A stretch of 64,000 nt of DNA, taken from NCBI GenBank assembly GCA_963675665.1, contig OY776510.1, forward strand, positions 3,968,001 to 4,032,000, written 5' to 3'. The position numbers and the translations under genes were made by a program. Source of the stretch: Spirochaetia bacterium (GTDB taxonomy: Bacteria; Spirochaetota; Spirochaetia; UBA9216). Shown here piece by piece: positions 1 to 10,570 of the stretch (position 1 is its first letter; the number at the start of each line of letters is the position of its first letter). The notes under the pieces were generated by a model that had not been told where the DNA came from, searched no databases, and saw only the letters and a program-made list of their open reading frames with translations.

Positions 1-485
1 AGCGTACCAATCATTCCGAATGCCGGTGCTAGCGTTCCCCAGTCCTCAAATACCTTTATACCGTCTGCATGCCGTTCCTGCTGCTGGTTCAAATCGCTGT
101 AGAGCATTGTGCTGATTATTTCAGGATCAGTTCCGTCTACTACGAATTGTATTCCCTTTTTCATAAAATCATCTTCAACCTCTTCCAGATCATCTTCAAG
201 GGCCAAAAGACCGTCTCTTCTTGCCTTTTCAGAAAAACGAACGAGCGTTGTTATAATTTTCTCAACTTCGAAATTATTAACATTGATTACTAACTTGAAG
301 AAGTTTCCTATCTTCATGATACGTGACAACGGGTTGGAGATCATTACCGCGGCAAGCGAGCCTCCGAGAACCATCGCAAGAGATCCGATGTCGATATAGT
401 TCGACATAGATACTCCTGTATTAAGTACCGAGTAAATAATCATTCCCATTCCGAGGCCTAAGCCCGCTAATGTGGCAAGATCCAT
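1..485 (-). CDS. motA: Flagellar stator protein MotA (3' part runs off the window)
   Basis: Not in the ORF track. Manual translation from ATG at 485 gives MDLATLAGLGLGMGMIIYS...SEKARRDGLLALE...KKGIQFVVDG...APAFGMIGT, which are MotA motifs; follows flbD. Confidence 0.93.
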   Translation of the reverse strand, partial: MDLATLAGLGLGMGMIIYSVLNTGVSMSNYIDIGSLAMVLGGSLAAVMISNPLSRIMKIGNFFKLVINVNNFEVEKIITTLVRFSEKARRDGLLALEDDLEEVEDDFMKKGIQFVVDGTDPEIISTMLYSDLNQQQERHADGIKVFEDWGTLAPAFGMIGT

Positions 486-491
486 CTAATA

Positions 492-689
492 CTACTCCTC
501 GTTCTTAAAAGCCCCTATCAGGCTTCTATACTCTACAATTCGGTTAAATACCGACTGGTAGTCTTCACGGACTACCAGTCTTTTACCTGAAAGCATCACA
601 AGCGTTACATCAGCCTGAGCTGTTATATACTCAATCTGGTGCGGATTAACATAAAAAATATCGCCGTTCAGCTTTGTTACTTCAATCAT
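492..689 (-). CDS. flbD: Flagellar protein FlbD (SwrD family)
   Basis: MIEVTKLNG...VNPHQIE motif; position between flgE and motA. Confidence 0.88.
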   Translation of the reverse strand: MIEVTKLNGDIFYVNPHQIEYITAQADVTLVMLSGKRLVVREDYQSVFNRIVEYRSLIGAFKNEE

Positions 690-692
690 TTA

Positions 693-2081
693 TTACCTTT
701 TAAGGTTTAACAATTCCTGCAACATCGTATCTGAAGTTGTAATCGTCTTTGAGTTGGCCTGAAAGCCGCGCTGCGTTACTATCATGTCGGTAAACTGCTC
801 AGCCAGGTCAACATTACTCATTTCCAGTGCGCCTGCAATAATTTTTCCTTTTCCGGCTACACCGGTAGGTCCTATATTGGGTTCTCCGGAGTTATTGGTA
901 ACAACGAATGTTGTTTCACCGGCTTTTTCAAGACCGCTCTGGTTGGTGAAAGTGGCCAGCGCAAGCTGCCCGAGAGTACGGTTCGTACCGTTCGAATACA
1001 CACCGGTGATAACGCCGCTCTGATCGATCTTGAAGTTTTCAAGATAACCCATTCCATAACCGTTCTGTCTGAACGCCTTGGTGGAACTGGTTTCGGCAAA
1101 CTGCGTTATGGTATTAACAACACTTCCGGCTTCACCCATATTCAGGTTGAAGGTCTGCCTTACCGGTGTTCCGTCTTCGTTCGGGGTAGCCTGAAGAACA
1201 TCAAAAGCAACCTGCACCTGAAGGTCTCCGACATCAAGTATGTCTCCCTGCGCGTCCGTTACTGACTGAAGGGTTCCCAGATTGTTAAAGTTTACAATAA
1301 AAGTATTGTCGCCGTTGTTTTCAGCTCCGACCTCGGCAATAGTATTGGTGCCGATTTCATCTTCAGGATCAACAGTGATGTTGGCCGACCAGCTGTTCTG
1401 TGTTCCGTCAAGCTTTGTAAAACTGAGGCGCATTTTATGTATGTTGCCGAAATTATCGTAAACATCCTTGTCTATAGTCCAGGTATTTTCCCTTATGGTC
1501 CCTTCGCCTGCGCCTTCAGGAATGACTTCCAGCCGCTTGTCAAGGTTGCATGCAAGATCAACCTGGGTTGTTGCCGCGGCAGGATCTTTTCCACCCACCG
1601 GTATTACAAGGTCTCCGGCGTCGGAAGCTGTATTGATGAATGCCTCGCCGTTTATGGTTTCTGCCGTCCAGCCCTGGACTCTCATACCGTTTGACGGGTT
1701 AACGAGCGTTCCGGCTTCATCTATGCCGAAAGCTCCCGCCCTTGTGTAATACTGCTTGGCACCGCCGGCCATAACAAAAAAGCCGTTTCCCTGTATAGCA
1801 AGGTCGGTTGTTACACCGGTCGACTGCATTGAACCCTGGGTATGAATTGTGTCAATTGACGCTATGGTCATACCGAGTCCGACCTGTTTGGGGTTTACTC
1901 CGCCGAGTTCATCGGTTGGACGGGAGGCGCCGGACATCGACTGAGAAAGCATGTCCTGAAAATTAACGCGGCCTTTTTTAAAACCGGTAGTGTTAATATT
2001 TGAAATATTATTGCCTATTACATCCATTCTTACCTGATGATTCTGTAGTCCGGATACTCCGGCGTATAGTGATCGCATCAT
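693..2081 (-). CDS. flgE: Flagellar hook protein FlgE
   Basis: N-terminal [28 protein letters not shown], and C-terminal [27 protein letters not shown]. Confidence 0.97.
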   Translation of the reverse strand: MMRSLYAGVSGLQNHQVRMDVIGNNISNINTTGFKKGRVNFQDMLSQSMSGASRPTDELGGVNPKQVGLGMTIASIDTIHTQGSMQSTGVTTDLAIQGNGFFVMAGGAKQYYTRAGAFGIDEAGTLVNPSNGMRVQGWTAETINGEAFINTASDAGDLVIPVGGKDPAAATTQVDLACNLDKRLEVIPEGAGEGTIRENTWTIDKDVYDNFGNIHKMRLSFTKLDGTQNSWSANITVDPEDEIGTNTIAEVGAENNGDNTFIVNFNNLGTLQSVTDAQGDILDVGDLQVQVAFDVLQATPNEDGTPVRQTFNLNMGEAGSVVNTITQFAETSSTKAFRQNGYGMGYLENFKIDQSGVITGVYSNGTNRTLGQLALATFTNQSGLEKAGETTFVVTNNSGEPNIGPTGVAGKGKIIAGALEMSNVDLAEQFTDMIVTQRGFQANSKTITTSDTMLQELLNLKR

Positions 2082-2096
2082 ATAGCAGCTTCCCCC

Positions 2097-2528
2097 TTAC
2101 CTTACACTCTGTATATCGTTAAAATCATAAAATTTTCCATTAACCAGAACCTGAGGATTCTCGGTCCCCGTCACTTCTTCAACCATTCCGTTAACAACAT
2201 TTTCACCAGCGGCAATAGTTACATTCTTGCCTATCATTCCGATTGCACTGTTCAGGTTAAGTGTTCCCGAAAGCTTGGCGAATTCGCTGCTCATGTTTGT
2301 CATCTGTTCAAGGCTGGAGAATTGCGCCATCTGCGCTATAAATTCCTTATCTTCCATCGGCGCAGTAGGATCCTGATACGACAACTGTGTAATCAGAATT
2401 TTGAGAAAATCATCCTGCCCGAGTGCATTCTGTTTAACACCGTCCGATTTCAGAACTGCATTAAGACTGTTTACCTGTGCCTGCGTTACAGCCTTATCCT
2501 GAACCGACATTGTAGCTGAAAAATCCAT
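2097..2528 (-). CDS. flgD: Flagellar hook-capping protein FlgD
   Basis: FLKILITQLSYQDPTAPM...FIAQMAQFSSLEQM motif. Confidence 0.95.
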   Translation of the reverse strand: MDFSATMSVQDKAVTQAQVNSLNAVLKSDGVKQNALGQDDFLKILITQLSYQDPTAPMEDKEFIAQMAQFSSLEQMTNMSSEFAKLSGTLNLNSAIGMIGKNVTIAAGENVVNGMVEEVTGTENPQVLVNGKFYDFNDIQSVR

Positions 2529-2547
2529 TCGTTCTCCTTATATTCCC

Positions 2548-3846
2548 TTAAACAACCATATTAACAGTATTGTTTCGCCATTCAGTCTCAACAACCTCAG
2601 GTACTGCATCTTCGATAATCTTTGCAGCCCTTGCCGTTATTCCATGACCGTTTTTTCGTCCGCGTCCGTCAGAATTTCCGCCCTGGCCCTGAACACTTAC
2701 TTCAAGACCGCCGTTCTCAAATCCTTCGGAACCGAACGCCTTGTAAAGATTTTCCAGATTACTCTCAAAAATCTCTCTTACTATATTATTTTCGACAATT
2801 ATTCGGCCGGCTATATGATTATCGTTCAACGAAAGATGTATTCTTACATTTCCGAGGCTTTCAGGTTTCATAACCAGCCTGATTTCTCCCGTTCCGTTTC
2901 CTTTGACGACAATCCCGGCCTGTTTTACAATCTGGCTGTTAATTGTATCCTTCAGCTGTGAATGTACAGCAGACTGCATATTCTTTATCTCAGCCCTGAC
3001 GCTTTCGGTTTTCCGGAGTTCCGACAGGCTCTCACCGTGCGATGTCAATTGCTGAAACCTGGAAGCAGGATCCGAATCCGTCTTCTGCGAAAGATTATCC
3101 TGCACTGCAGAAACCTTCAGACCCTTATCCGCCGAAACGGAAGCATTCCTTCGGTAATCTGAAACAGTAAGTTTGGTTTTTTTACTTTCCTTACCCTTTA
3201 CTGCTGGATCCGTTTTCTTTTCTCCCGAAGCAGCCGCCACAAACCGAATCTGCGGTTTATTCTGTACAGCTGTACCCCGGGCAATCGCCGGAATCCGGTT
3301 CTTCTGTTTAAGCCTCTCTACAGCTGTACTCAAACCGGAGGCAAGTCTTTTATTTTTACCTTCCGGCTCATCCTTTTCCACAGGTTCAATTTTAATCAGG
3401 ATTTTTTGAACCGCAGGCTGAATTAAAGCCGCGACTAAACCCGCTTCTGCAGTTTTTTCCGGATCTTTATCAGCATCAATGGGAGTTTTCCTGCCGGAAA
3501 CCAGTTTCAGTTTTTCAAACCGTTCGTCTTTTTTCTTTTCGCCGGATTTCCTGACGGTTTCTTTCGGATCTGTTTCCGCAGCTGCTTCAGCAACAGCCTC
3601 TTTCAGTTTTTTGGCTGCAGCTTCGATCTTGTCAGCTTTTGATAGCTTACCGGATTTTTCTTTTTCCGGTTCCTTGCCTTTTTTATCAACGGCTTCTTTT
3701 ACGCTATCGCTTTTAATACTGGACTCAAGGACCTCTTTGAAACTCCTGCCCTTAACTTCAGAAGTTTCTTTGGTCGGAGTTTTATGTGCGTTAGCATTGC
3801 CGCCTTCAATCGGCAGTAATTGTACAGGTGCTGAATTCAACATCAC
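2548..3846 (-). CDS. fliK: Flagellar hook-length control protein FliK
   Basis: Low-complexity charged N-terminus; C-terminal IRLVMKPESLGNV T3S4 domain; directly upstream of flgD. Confidence 0.88.
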   Translation of the reverse strand: MMLNSAPVQLLPIEGGNANAHKTPTKETSEVKGRSFKEVLESSIKSDSVKEAVDKKGKEPEKEKSGKLSKADKIEAAAKKLKEAVAEAAAETDPKETVRKSGEKKKDERFEKLKLVSGRKTPIDADKDPEKTAEAGLVAALIQPAVQKILIKIEPVEKDEPEGKNKRLASGLSTAVERLKQKNRIPAIARGTAVQNKPQIRFVAAASGEKKTDPAVKGKESKKTKLTVSDYRRNASVSADKGLKVSAVQDNLSQKTDSDPASRFQQLTSHGESLSELRKTESVRAEIKNMQSAVHSQLKDTINSQIVKQAGIVVKGNGTGEIRLVMKPESLGNVRIHLSLNDNHIAGRIIVENNIVREIFESNLENLYKAFGSEGFENGGLEVSVQGQGGNSDGRGRKNGHGITARAAKIIEDAVPEVVETEWRNNTVNMVV

Positions 3847-3860
3847 CCTCCAATAGATTA

Positions 3861-4502
3861 TTAACTCTCCGGTTTCTTTAACATTTTCCGATTGAGAGTC
3901 GCGGACCTTTCCGACGGCATCAGGGACAGCCAGTATGAAACCATTGATGCAACCCCTGCTTCATCGCTTAACTGCTGATGGGCCCTCATGATGTCTATAA
4001 CATCCTGATCTTCCATCTCGATAAACATATTCACAGCGGCCTGAGGCGGCATACCGACAAAATACTCAGCTGCCTGTCTTAGGTTCGTATTTCTATTGTC
4101 GTACGCTTTTAATCGATCGTTAAATGATTTTTCTTGTTCTTCGAAAGCAGCTTCCCTTTCAGCAAGAGAATCGAGCATCTGGCTTATCTCCGCTTCTTTG
4201 GATTCAATCTCGGTTTCCCGCATATCCAGCTCGGATTCTCTCATGTCCAGAGCCTCTTCATGCTTGGCCAGCCTCTCTTTTTCAAGCAGATTCAAATCTT
4301 CAACATTCTCAATCGGTTCGGGCAGACCGAAATCTATACCGAGGCGGCTTGCTACAGGCGTAACTACTGGAGAGATCATCTCTTTTACGTTTATCAGGCC
4401 CAGATAATCAAACCAGACAAACCCTCCCAGAATAAGAATCAAGATAATAAGTATTAAAGCTGCAACCCGCGCTCCGGATCTAACTGCTGAAATCTTCGCC
4501 AT
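3861..4502 (-). CDS. flbB: Periplasmic flagellar collar protein FlbB
   Basis: Single N-terminal TM (WFDYLG), coiled coil, GMPPQAAV and SMVSYWLSLMP motifs; between fliJ and fliK. Start refined to ATG 4502, 8 nt after GGAGG. Confidence 0.8.
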   Translation of the reverse strand: MAKISAVRSGARVAALILIILILILGGFVWFDYLGLINVKEMISPVVTPVASRLGIDFGLPEPIENVEDLNLLEKERLAKHEEALDMRESELDMRETEIESKEAEISQMLDSLAEREAAFEEQEKSFNDRLKAYDNRNTNLRQAAEYFVGMPPQAAVNMFIEMEDQDVIDIMRAHQQLSDEAGVASMVSYWLSLMPSERSATLNRKMLKKPES

Positions 4503-4572
4503 TTCCATCTCCTCCAAATATCCGCCGCATAACAAAATAAATACAAGGCATTATTTTTTTGTTACCCCCGGA

Positions 4573-5016
4573 CTATACAACCGTCCTGCCTGCCGCGGCC
4601 CGTCCGTTATTTATTTCATCAATCAGGTTATGCTCAATCTTGAGCTGTTCCCTGTAAAATTCCTGTTCCCTTTTTTCCCTGAGCTTTGCAAGCACCTTTC
4701 TTTTTTTTGATGCCTCAAGAAAATCTTTACGCACCTGGTCCCGTTCTTTTTCTGCATCTTTCAGTTTTTTCTCAAGCTCAAGCACCTCGGAATTCATTCG
4801 CCTTTTGTATAACTCCATCGCAAGAAAATCATTTTCCCGGTTCTCTATTCGTCCCCGGGTATCCAGAACCCTGTCGATTTCTTTGAACCTGTGAGCTATC
4901 TCGTTTTCTATACGAACACATTCAGTCACGGCGCGTCCAAGTTTGATTTCCCATTCCTGTTCTTCGTGCTCGCGAAGCCTGAGCAGCCTCTGCAGGTTAA
5001 AAGCGAATTTCCTCAT
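4573..5016 (-). CDS. fliJ: Flagellar export protein FliJ
   Basis: MRKFAFNLQRLLRLRE N-terminus, coiled coil, overlaps the fliI stop codon. Confidence 0.9.
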   Translation of the reverse strand: MRKFAFNLQRLLRLREHEEQEWEIKLGRAVTECVRIENEIAHRFKEIDRVLDTRGRIENRENDFLAMELYKRRMNSEVLELEKKLKDAEKERDQVRKDFLEASKKRKVLAKLREKREQEFYREQLKIEHNLIDEINNGRAAAGRTVV

Positions 5017-6359
5017 TTAACTTCAGCTCCCGCAACCGGTGCGGAAATAGGCATTCCGATTATTTTCGAAGCCTGCAGAAGAGTCTGGTCCAGCGGGGCA
5101 GGATCATCTATTTCCTGCCTCAGAAAACCGTTTATTGCTTCTATCTTGCTTATTGCTTCGTCAATTACTTTATTACTTCCCGCTGCGTATGCCCCGACAT
5201 TGATTAAATCTTCTGCTTCAGTATATTCAGCCAGTAACCGCCGGAACTTTCCGGCAGCTTTCTGCTCATCACGTTCTGTAACGACTGTTGCTAATCTGGA
5301 CAGTGAATTCAAAACATCGATTGAAGGATAGTGATAACGCTGGGCAAGTCTTCTTTCAAGCACCAGGTGCCCATCCAGAATTCCCCGAACGTTGTCCGAA
5401 ATCGGTTCGTCCATATCATCGCCTTCTACAAGGATTGTATAGAACCCGGTAATCGTTCCTTTTTCATTTGTGCCGCAGCGCTCCAGAAGCTTTGGCAGCT
5501 TTTCAAACACCGACGGCGGATAACCACGGTTAGCCGGGGGTTCGCCTGAAGCAAGACCGATCTCACGCTGAGCGCGCGCGAAACGGGTAATTGAATCGAA
5601 CAGCAGCATTACGTCTTTTCCCTGATCCCTGAAATATTCAGCTATAGCCGTAGCCACATATGCACCGCGCAGACGGGCAAGAGGCGGTGTATCGGATGTT
5701 GAAACAACTACAACCGATTTTTTCATTCCTTCGGGACCAAGGTCCCGTTCTATAAATTCCCTGACCTCGCGCCCTCTTTCCCCGATAAGCGCAATTACAT
5801 TCACGTCCGCATCCGTATTACGGGCTATCATTCCCAGAAGGGTTGATTTTCCTACGCCGCTGCCTGAAAAAATTCCCATTCTCTGGCCTTTTCCGACGGT
5901 ATTTAAAAAATCTATCGCCCTTACGCCTGTTGTGACCCGTTCACTGATAACCTCGCGCTTTAAAGCATCAGGAGATGCCGCCGACGCCGGGTACCATGCA
6001 TCAGCGCCGTATGAACCCAGTTCATCATACGGACAGCCAAGGCTGTCTATGACACGTCCGAGCATTTTTTGGGAAACGGGAATTTCAAGGATCTTACCGG
6101 AGGCCACTACAACGCACCCCGGCTCTATACCGTCGATCTCTCCATACGGCATCAGTTGAACCGTATTGTCGCGAAAACCGACGACTTCAGCCTTTACAGG
6201 CGACTCATTTCCGGGAATCATTATCTGACAGACTTCACCAAGTACTACCTGCGGCCCGCTGCTTTCAATTAGCAATCCCATTACGCGCGTTACCACACCG
6301 GTATATTTAATAGGATCTGTCCGGCTGAGAATCATATTATACTTTTCAAACATTTTCAC
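5013..6359 (-). CDS. fliI: Flagellar export ATPase FliI
   Basis: Walker A GSGVGKST, LIGERGREV, DSITRFARAQREIGL, GILDGH. Confidence 0.97.
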   Translation of the reverse strand: MKMFEKYNMILSRTDPIKYTGVVTRVMGLLIESSGPQVVLGEVCQIMIPGNESPVKAEVVGFRDNTVQLMPYGEIDGIEPGCVVVASGKILEIPVSQKMLGRVIDSLGCPYDELGSYGADAWYPASAASPDALKREVISERVTTGVRAIDFLNTVGKGQRMGIFSGSGVGKSTLLGMIARNTDADVNVIALIGERGREVREFIERDLGPEGMKKSVVVVSTSDTPPLARLRGAYVATAIAEYFRDQGKDVMLLFDSITRFARAQREIGLASGEPPANRGYPPSVFEKLPKLLERCGTNEKGTITGFYTILVEGDDMDEPISDNVRGILDGHLVLERRLAQRYHYPSIDVLNSLSRLATVVTERDEQKAAGKFRRLLAEYTEAEDLINVGAYAAGSNKVIDEAISKIEAINGFLRQEIDDPAPLDQTLLQASKIIGMPISAPVAGAEVK

Positions 6360-6429
6360 TTTCTTCCCCTCCCGTCAGAAAATGATTACAGGCTGTGTGC
6401 GTCACACCCCGTGTTTACTATGTCGCCGT

Positions 6430-6467
6430 GGATGTTCTATTTTTTTCTATGAAAAAAATAGAACTCC
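6430..6467. repeat. Perfect 14-bp inverted repeat with GGAT...TCC foot in the fliH-fliI spacer
   Basis: GGAT-GTTCTATTTTTTTC-TAT-GAAAAAAATAGAAC-TCC read directly. Confidence 0.75.
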
Positions 6468-6496
6468 CGGAGGTGAAGAATAAAAAGTCTTACTTT

Positions 6497-7405
6497 TTAT
6501 TCTTCACCTCCAGCTTTAATAGGAACAAGTTCAAGTATTTTTTCTTCTATCTCCTTGAACTGTGATGAAATACGAGCATCGATTCTTCCGAAATCGGTTT
6601 CTATTATGCATCCTCCGCGGTCGACCGACGAATCTTCCATTACTGTTATCGATCGGACATTCTCGACCATTCTCATAAAGTCCTTCACATGATCGCTTGT
6701 AAGCTTTACATCTTCAAGATTGACCCGGATTACTACATCACCGCGGCTTTTAAGCTTTCTGAGCGCCTGTATGACATTATTTATTACAACATTTTTCTGG
6801 TTTTCAGAAATTACCTTGATTATTTTCTGACTGATCAGCAGTACAAGATCGATAATCTGCGTTTCGGACTGATCAATAATCTGGTTCCTTTTTTCAATGG
6901 CCTTGGAAATAATGGTGCGAAGATGCTGTATAAGGCGTTCGACCTCAGCCTTGCCTTCCTCATAACCTTCATCGCGTCCTGATGCAATTCCTTCTTTTTT
7001 TGCAGCATCAAGAATCTCATCTACGGTACTGCGGGCTTCGTCGATCATTTCCTGTGCCTGTTTTTCTGCATTCTGAAGCAGGTCGGCAGCTTCATTTTCA
7101 GCATCCTGTTTGATATGCTGAGCTTCATCATTTTTTTCCTTGACCTGATTGAACGCTGTCTGTTCAGCTTCTTTTATAATTCTGTCGGCTTCAGCATGTG
7201 CCTGAGATATCATCATCTCTTTCTCGGCTTCCCAGCTCACTTTGAACGCTTCCGCTTCACGACGCAAATCATCCGCAGTAGGCCCTTTATACTCTTCAGC
7301 CGGTATTATTATTTCTGGCTCTTTCTCCTTCTCAAAAGGAGTTTTAAGTTCCACCTGTTTTGTCAGAGCGACAATTTCAGCAGGTTTAAAAACATTTTTA
7401 GCCAA
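6497..7405 (-). CDS. fliH: Flagellar assembly protein FliH
   Basis: AxxxG repeats (GRDEGYEEG) and C-terminal RGGCIIETDFGRIDARI. Confidence 0.93.
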   Translation of the reverse strand: MAKNVFKPAEIVALTKQVELKTPFEKEKEPEIIIPAEEYKGPTADDLRREAEAFKVSWEAEKEMMISQAHAEADRIIKEAEQTAFNQVKEKNDEAQHIKQDAENEAADLLQNAEKQAQEMIDEARSTVDEILDAAKKEGIASGRDEGYEEGKAEVERLIQHLRTIISKAIEKRNQIIDQSETQIIDLVLLISQKIIKVISENQKNVVINNVIQALRKLKSRGDVVIRVNLEDVKLTSDHVKDFMRMVENVRSITVMEDSSVDRGGCIIETDFGRIDARISSQFKEIEEKILELVPIKAGGEE

Positions 7406-7418
7406 ACCTCAACCTCCG

Positions 7419-8465
7419 TTATACAACCATCTCGTCTTCGCCGGAACGTGCGACAACAATTTCACCCTGATCTTCAAGTTTTCTGATAATCGATACAATC
7501 TTCTGCTGTGTTTCTTCTACGTCTTTCAACCTTACAGGGCCCATATAATCCATTTCTTCTTTTAAAAGCTGAGACGCACGTTTTGACATGTTACGGAATA
7601 TTTTATCCTGAACCTCAGCCTCTACGCCCCTGAGGGCTTTTCCGAGCTCGGAAGTATCAACTTCACGCAAAACCTTCTGTATGGCCCTGTCGTCAAGCAG
7701 CACGATATCCTCGAATACGAACATACGCTTTTTAATCTCTTCGGCAAGTTCCGGATCATCCTCTTCAAGAGCTTCTATAATAATTTTTTCCGTTGAACGG
7801 TCAACAAGGTTCAGTATTTCAACAATATTTTCAACACCGCCGGCTGCAGTATAGTCTTCGGAAGACAGCGTAGAAAGTTTCTTCTCAAGAACCCTTTCAA
7901 CCTCGCGAAGGACTTCCGGCGAGGTTCTGTCCATTGTGGCAATTCGTCTGGCAACGTCCGACTGTACCTCGTGCTGAAGTGCTCCCAGTATTACCGACGC
8001 TTTCTGCGGTTCAAGATAGGCAAGAATAAGCGCAATTGTCTGTGGATGTTCCTGCTGTATAAAGTTTAAAAGGTGCGCCGGGTCTGTTCGCCTGATAAAG
8101 TCGAACGGACGGACCTGCAGCGAACTTGTCAGACGGTTTATTATATCGACAGCTTTCTGCGATCCCAGCGATTTTTCAAGCAGTTCGCGGGCGTACTCAA
8201 TACCTCCCGACGTGATGAAATCCTGGGCCATCATAAGCTCCTTGAATTCCATCAGTACCTTATCGCGCTCTTCGGGTTCGACACTGTCCAGCCGCGCTAT
8301 TTCAAATGTCAGGGCCTCGATTTCATCATCACGCAGATGTTTGAATATCTCCGATGAAATTTCCGACCCGAGAGTTACCAGAAATATGGCGGCCTTCTGT
8401 CGTCCCGTCAGATCTTTTTTTATTTTTGTTTTTCCGCCAGCGGCGGGGGTCTGTGCTTTAGCCAT
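7419..8465 (-). CDS. fliG: Flagellar motor switch protein FliG
   Basis: QKAAIFL, EHPQTIALIL, MFVFEDI, NMSKRA, GPVRLKDVE motifs; start refined to ATG 8465. Confidence 0.97.
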   Translation of the reverse strand: MAKAQTPAAGGKTKIKKDLTGRQKAAIFLVTLGSEISSEIFKHLRDDEIEALTFEIARLDSVEPEERDKVLMEFKELMMAQDFITSGGIEYARELLEKSLGSQKAVDIINRLTSSLQVRPFDFIRRTDPAHLLNFIQQEHPQTIALILAYLEPQKASVILGALQHEVQSDVARRIATMDRTSPEVLREVERVLEKKLSTLSSEDYTAAGGVENIVEILNLVDRSTEKIIIEALEEDDPELAEEIKKRMFVFEDIVLLDDRAIQKVLREVDTSELGKALRGVEAEVQDKIFRNMSKRASQLLKEEMDYMGPVRLKDVEETQQKIVSIIRKLEDQGEIVVARSGEDEMVV

Positions 8466-8469
8466 ATCT

Positions 8470-10179
8470 CTACTCCTCAACCAGCCATGTTCTGATTAGC
8501 TGCGCAACATCTTCAGGATGTTCACGGGCCATATTCATGGCATGCTCCTGCATCTCCATTCTGGCCCGCTCCTCAACCGACATTTCAACATCCATACTTT
8601 CCTCTTCGGCCGAACGCAACGCAGCTTCACGCATTGCCTGATGCTGCCGTGCAAGTTCTTCTTCACGCAATCTTCTTCTGCGTTCAAGTTCCCTGGAGAT
8701 AAATCTGAATATTATAAATGCCGCAATTATTAAACCGATTCCGATAACCGAGTAAATAATTGCCTGCTGAAGTCTTTTCTGGTTTCTGTATTTCTGATCT
8801 TCACGTTCAAACTGGGCTGTTCTGTCGAACGCAAGGTGCTGAACCGTGACCGAATCGCCTCTGATCTGATCATATCCTATCGAGTGTTCAATAAGAGTAC
8901 GCGCTTTTACCAGGTCGGTATCATCCACTTCGCGGTATTCCCTTTCGATGGTACCCTCAGGAGTTATTGAAAGAAGGCCCTTATCGTTATAAATCCTTGT
9001 CCAGATACCGTCTATCGCCACACCGACGGTTATACGCTGTATTTCCCAGGGATTTTTCTCCTCGTAAATCTTACGCTCGTTGACCTCGTAGTTTATCGTA
9101 TTAGAATTGTTTTCATACTCTCCTACAAGCCCCTCAAGGTCTTTGTAAGCCGGCGGAGTCTGCCCTTCCTGTCCGGGAGGGCCTTCGGGATTGAACCCTG
9201 TGCCGCGGTAACTTTCGTCTATAAGCTGTTCCGACCTTGGAACATTCTTGATAACTTCAGTCTCATCGAACGGAGTGCTCGGGTTGTCAGATTTGATTGT
9301 TATGGGAAAGAATTCATCCGTTTCGACAGTTTTCTTGCTCATGTCAAGATCAACATCTACTCTTAATATTCTTACCCTGTCGGCTCCGAAAATTGCACGA
9401 AGTTCGTTCAGTATTTCACTCTTGTACTTTGCTTCAAGCTTCGATTTCTGATCCATCTGGCGTTTAGTCAGCTCAAGACGGTCGAATTCAGCCATATCCT
9501 CAAAATCATTCAGTATAGTCCCGCGGTAATCTGTTATTACAATATTTTCCGTGGCAAGCCCCTGGACAGCAAAAAGTACCAGCTTTTCTATACCTTCAAT
9601 CTTGTTTCTGCTTGTAATAATATCGCTTCCGGGTTTGGGAGTTATTATAACCGATGCAGTTACCGGATCCTGATCCTCTGCGAAGAGTTCAGTTTCAGGC
9701 ATAACAAGGGTTACCTGAGCGCTGTCCACATCCTCCAGGGCTTCAATATGCTGTTCAAGGCTTTCCGTAACTGCCCGCTGCAGATTCACTTCGCGCTCAA
9801 AATCGGTTACAGTCCAGCGGTCCATCTTGAAAGCATCCCAAACAGAGATCTCGGACGGAACCAGGTCTTCGCGCATCAACACCGATATCATCCGTTGAGC
9901 AGTAGCTTTATCGTCAACATATATCAAACCGCCTTCAGTAGTCCGGTGATTAATGTTTTCTTCATCGAGACGTATGGATATTTTATATAGAGTTTCCTGA
10001 TCCGTAATCGGAGAAGTAAAAAGAGCCACCTGGTTAGGCGTGGAACTTACCATTGATACAATGATTATTCCCGCCACTACGGCTGCGATTATTCCTATGA
10101 AAATAATTTTCTGCAGAAGCGACCATTTACCCCATGCTGATCGTATCTGCTCAATTACCTTTTTAAACCATTCGTTCAT
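8470..10179 (-). CDS. fliF: Flagellar M-ring protein FliF
   Basis: Two TM segments; TDFERE..LQRA, ASVIITP and C-terminal VAQLIRTWL; start refined to ATG 10179 after GGAGG. Confidence 0.95.
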   Translation of the reverse strand: MNEWFKKVIEQIRSAWGKWSLLQKIIFIGIIAAVVAGIIIVSMVSSTPNQVALFTSPITDQETLYKISIRLDEENINHRTTEGGLIYVDDKATAQRMISVLMREDLVPSEISVWDAFKMDRWTVTDFEREVNLQRAVTESLEQHIEALEDVDSAQVTLVMPETELFAEDQDPVTASVIITPKPGSDIITSRNKIEGIEKLVLFAVQGLATENIVITDYRGTILNDFEDMAEFDRLELTKRQMDQKSKLEAKYKSEILNELRAIFGADRVRILRVDVDLDMSKKTVETDEFFPITIKSDNPSTPFDETEVIKNVPRSEQLIDESYRGTGFNPEGPPGQEGQTPPAYKDLEGLVGEYENNSNTINYEVNERKIYEEKNPWEIQRITVGVAIDGIWTRIYNDKGLLSITPEGTIEREYREVDDTDLVKARTLIEHSIGYDQIRGDSVTVQHLAFDRTAQFEREDQKYRNQKRLQQAIIYSVIGIGLIIAAFIIFRFISRELERRRRLREEELARQHQAMREAALRSAEEESMDVEMSVEERARMEMQEHAMNMAREHPEDVAQLIRTWLVEE

Positions 10180-10234
10180 TTCCCCTCCCATTGAAAAAAG
10201 AACCTGGATTTACAGTAAAACTAAGCTGTTTCTT

Positions 10235-10567
10235 TTATCTTATATTAATAATATTGTTATACGCTTTCAGCGCTCCGTCAACCACTGCTTTGGTTATTTC
10301 GATGGACATATTTGCCTTACTCATGGCAATAGTCACATCATGTGCATCAACACTCTCTGGATCCGTCAGATAAGCCTGCGTGATATCGCTCAGATCCTGC
10401 TGCATTTTATTCGTTTCACCCAGCGCGTTCTTCAGCGCTGCGGCAAATTCCTCCGAAGGAGTTTCCTGGCCTTTCGCAGGACCCTGAAAACCAAAATGGT
10501 TTTTATGAGTTGCCGCCAGCATAACCTGATCCCCGGTTGCTTCCGCCGGACCTAATAATCCGCTCAT
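10235..10567 (-). CDS. fliE: Flagellar hook-basal body protein FliE
   Basis: DAHDVTIAMSKA...AYNNIINIR C-terminus; between flgC and fliF. Confidence 0.92.
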   Translation of the reverse strand: MSGLLGPAEATGDQVMLAATHKNHFGFQGPAKGQETPSEEFAAALKNALGETNKMQQDLSDITQAYLTDPESVDAHDVTIAMSKANMSIEITKAVVDGALKAYNNIINIR

Positions 10568-10570
10568 CTA

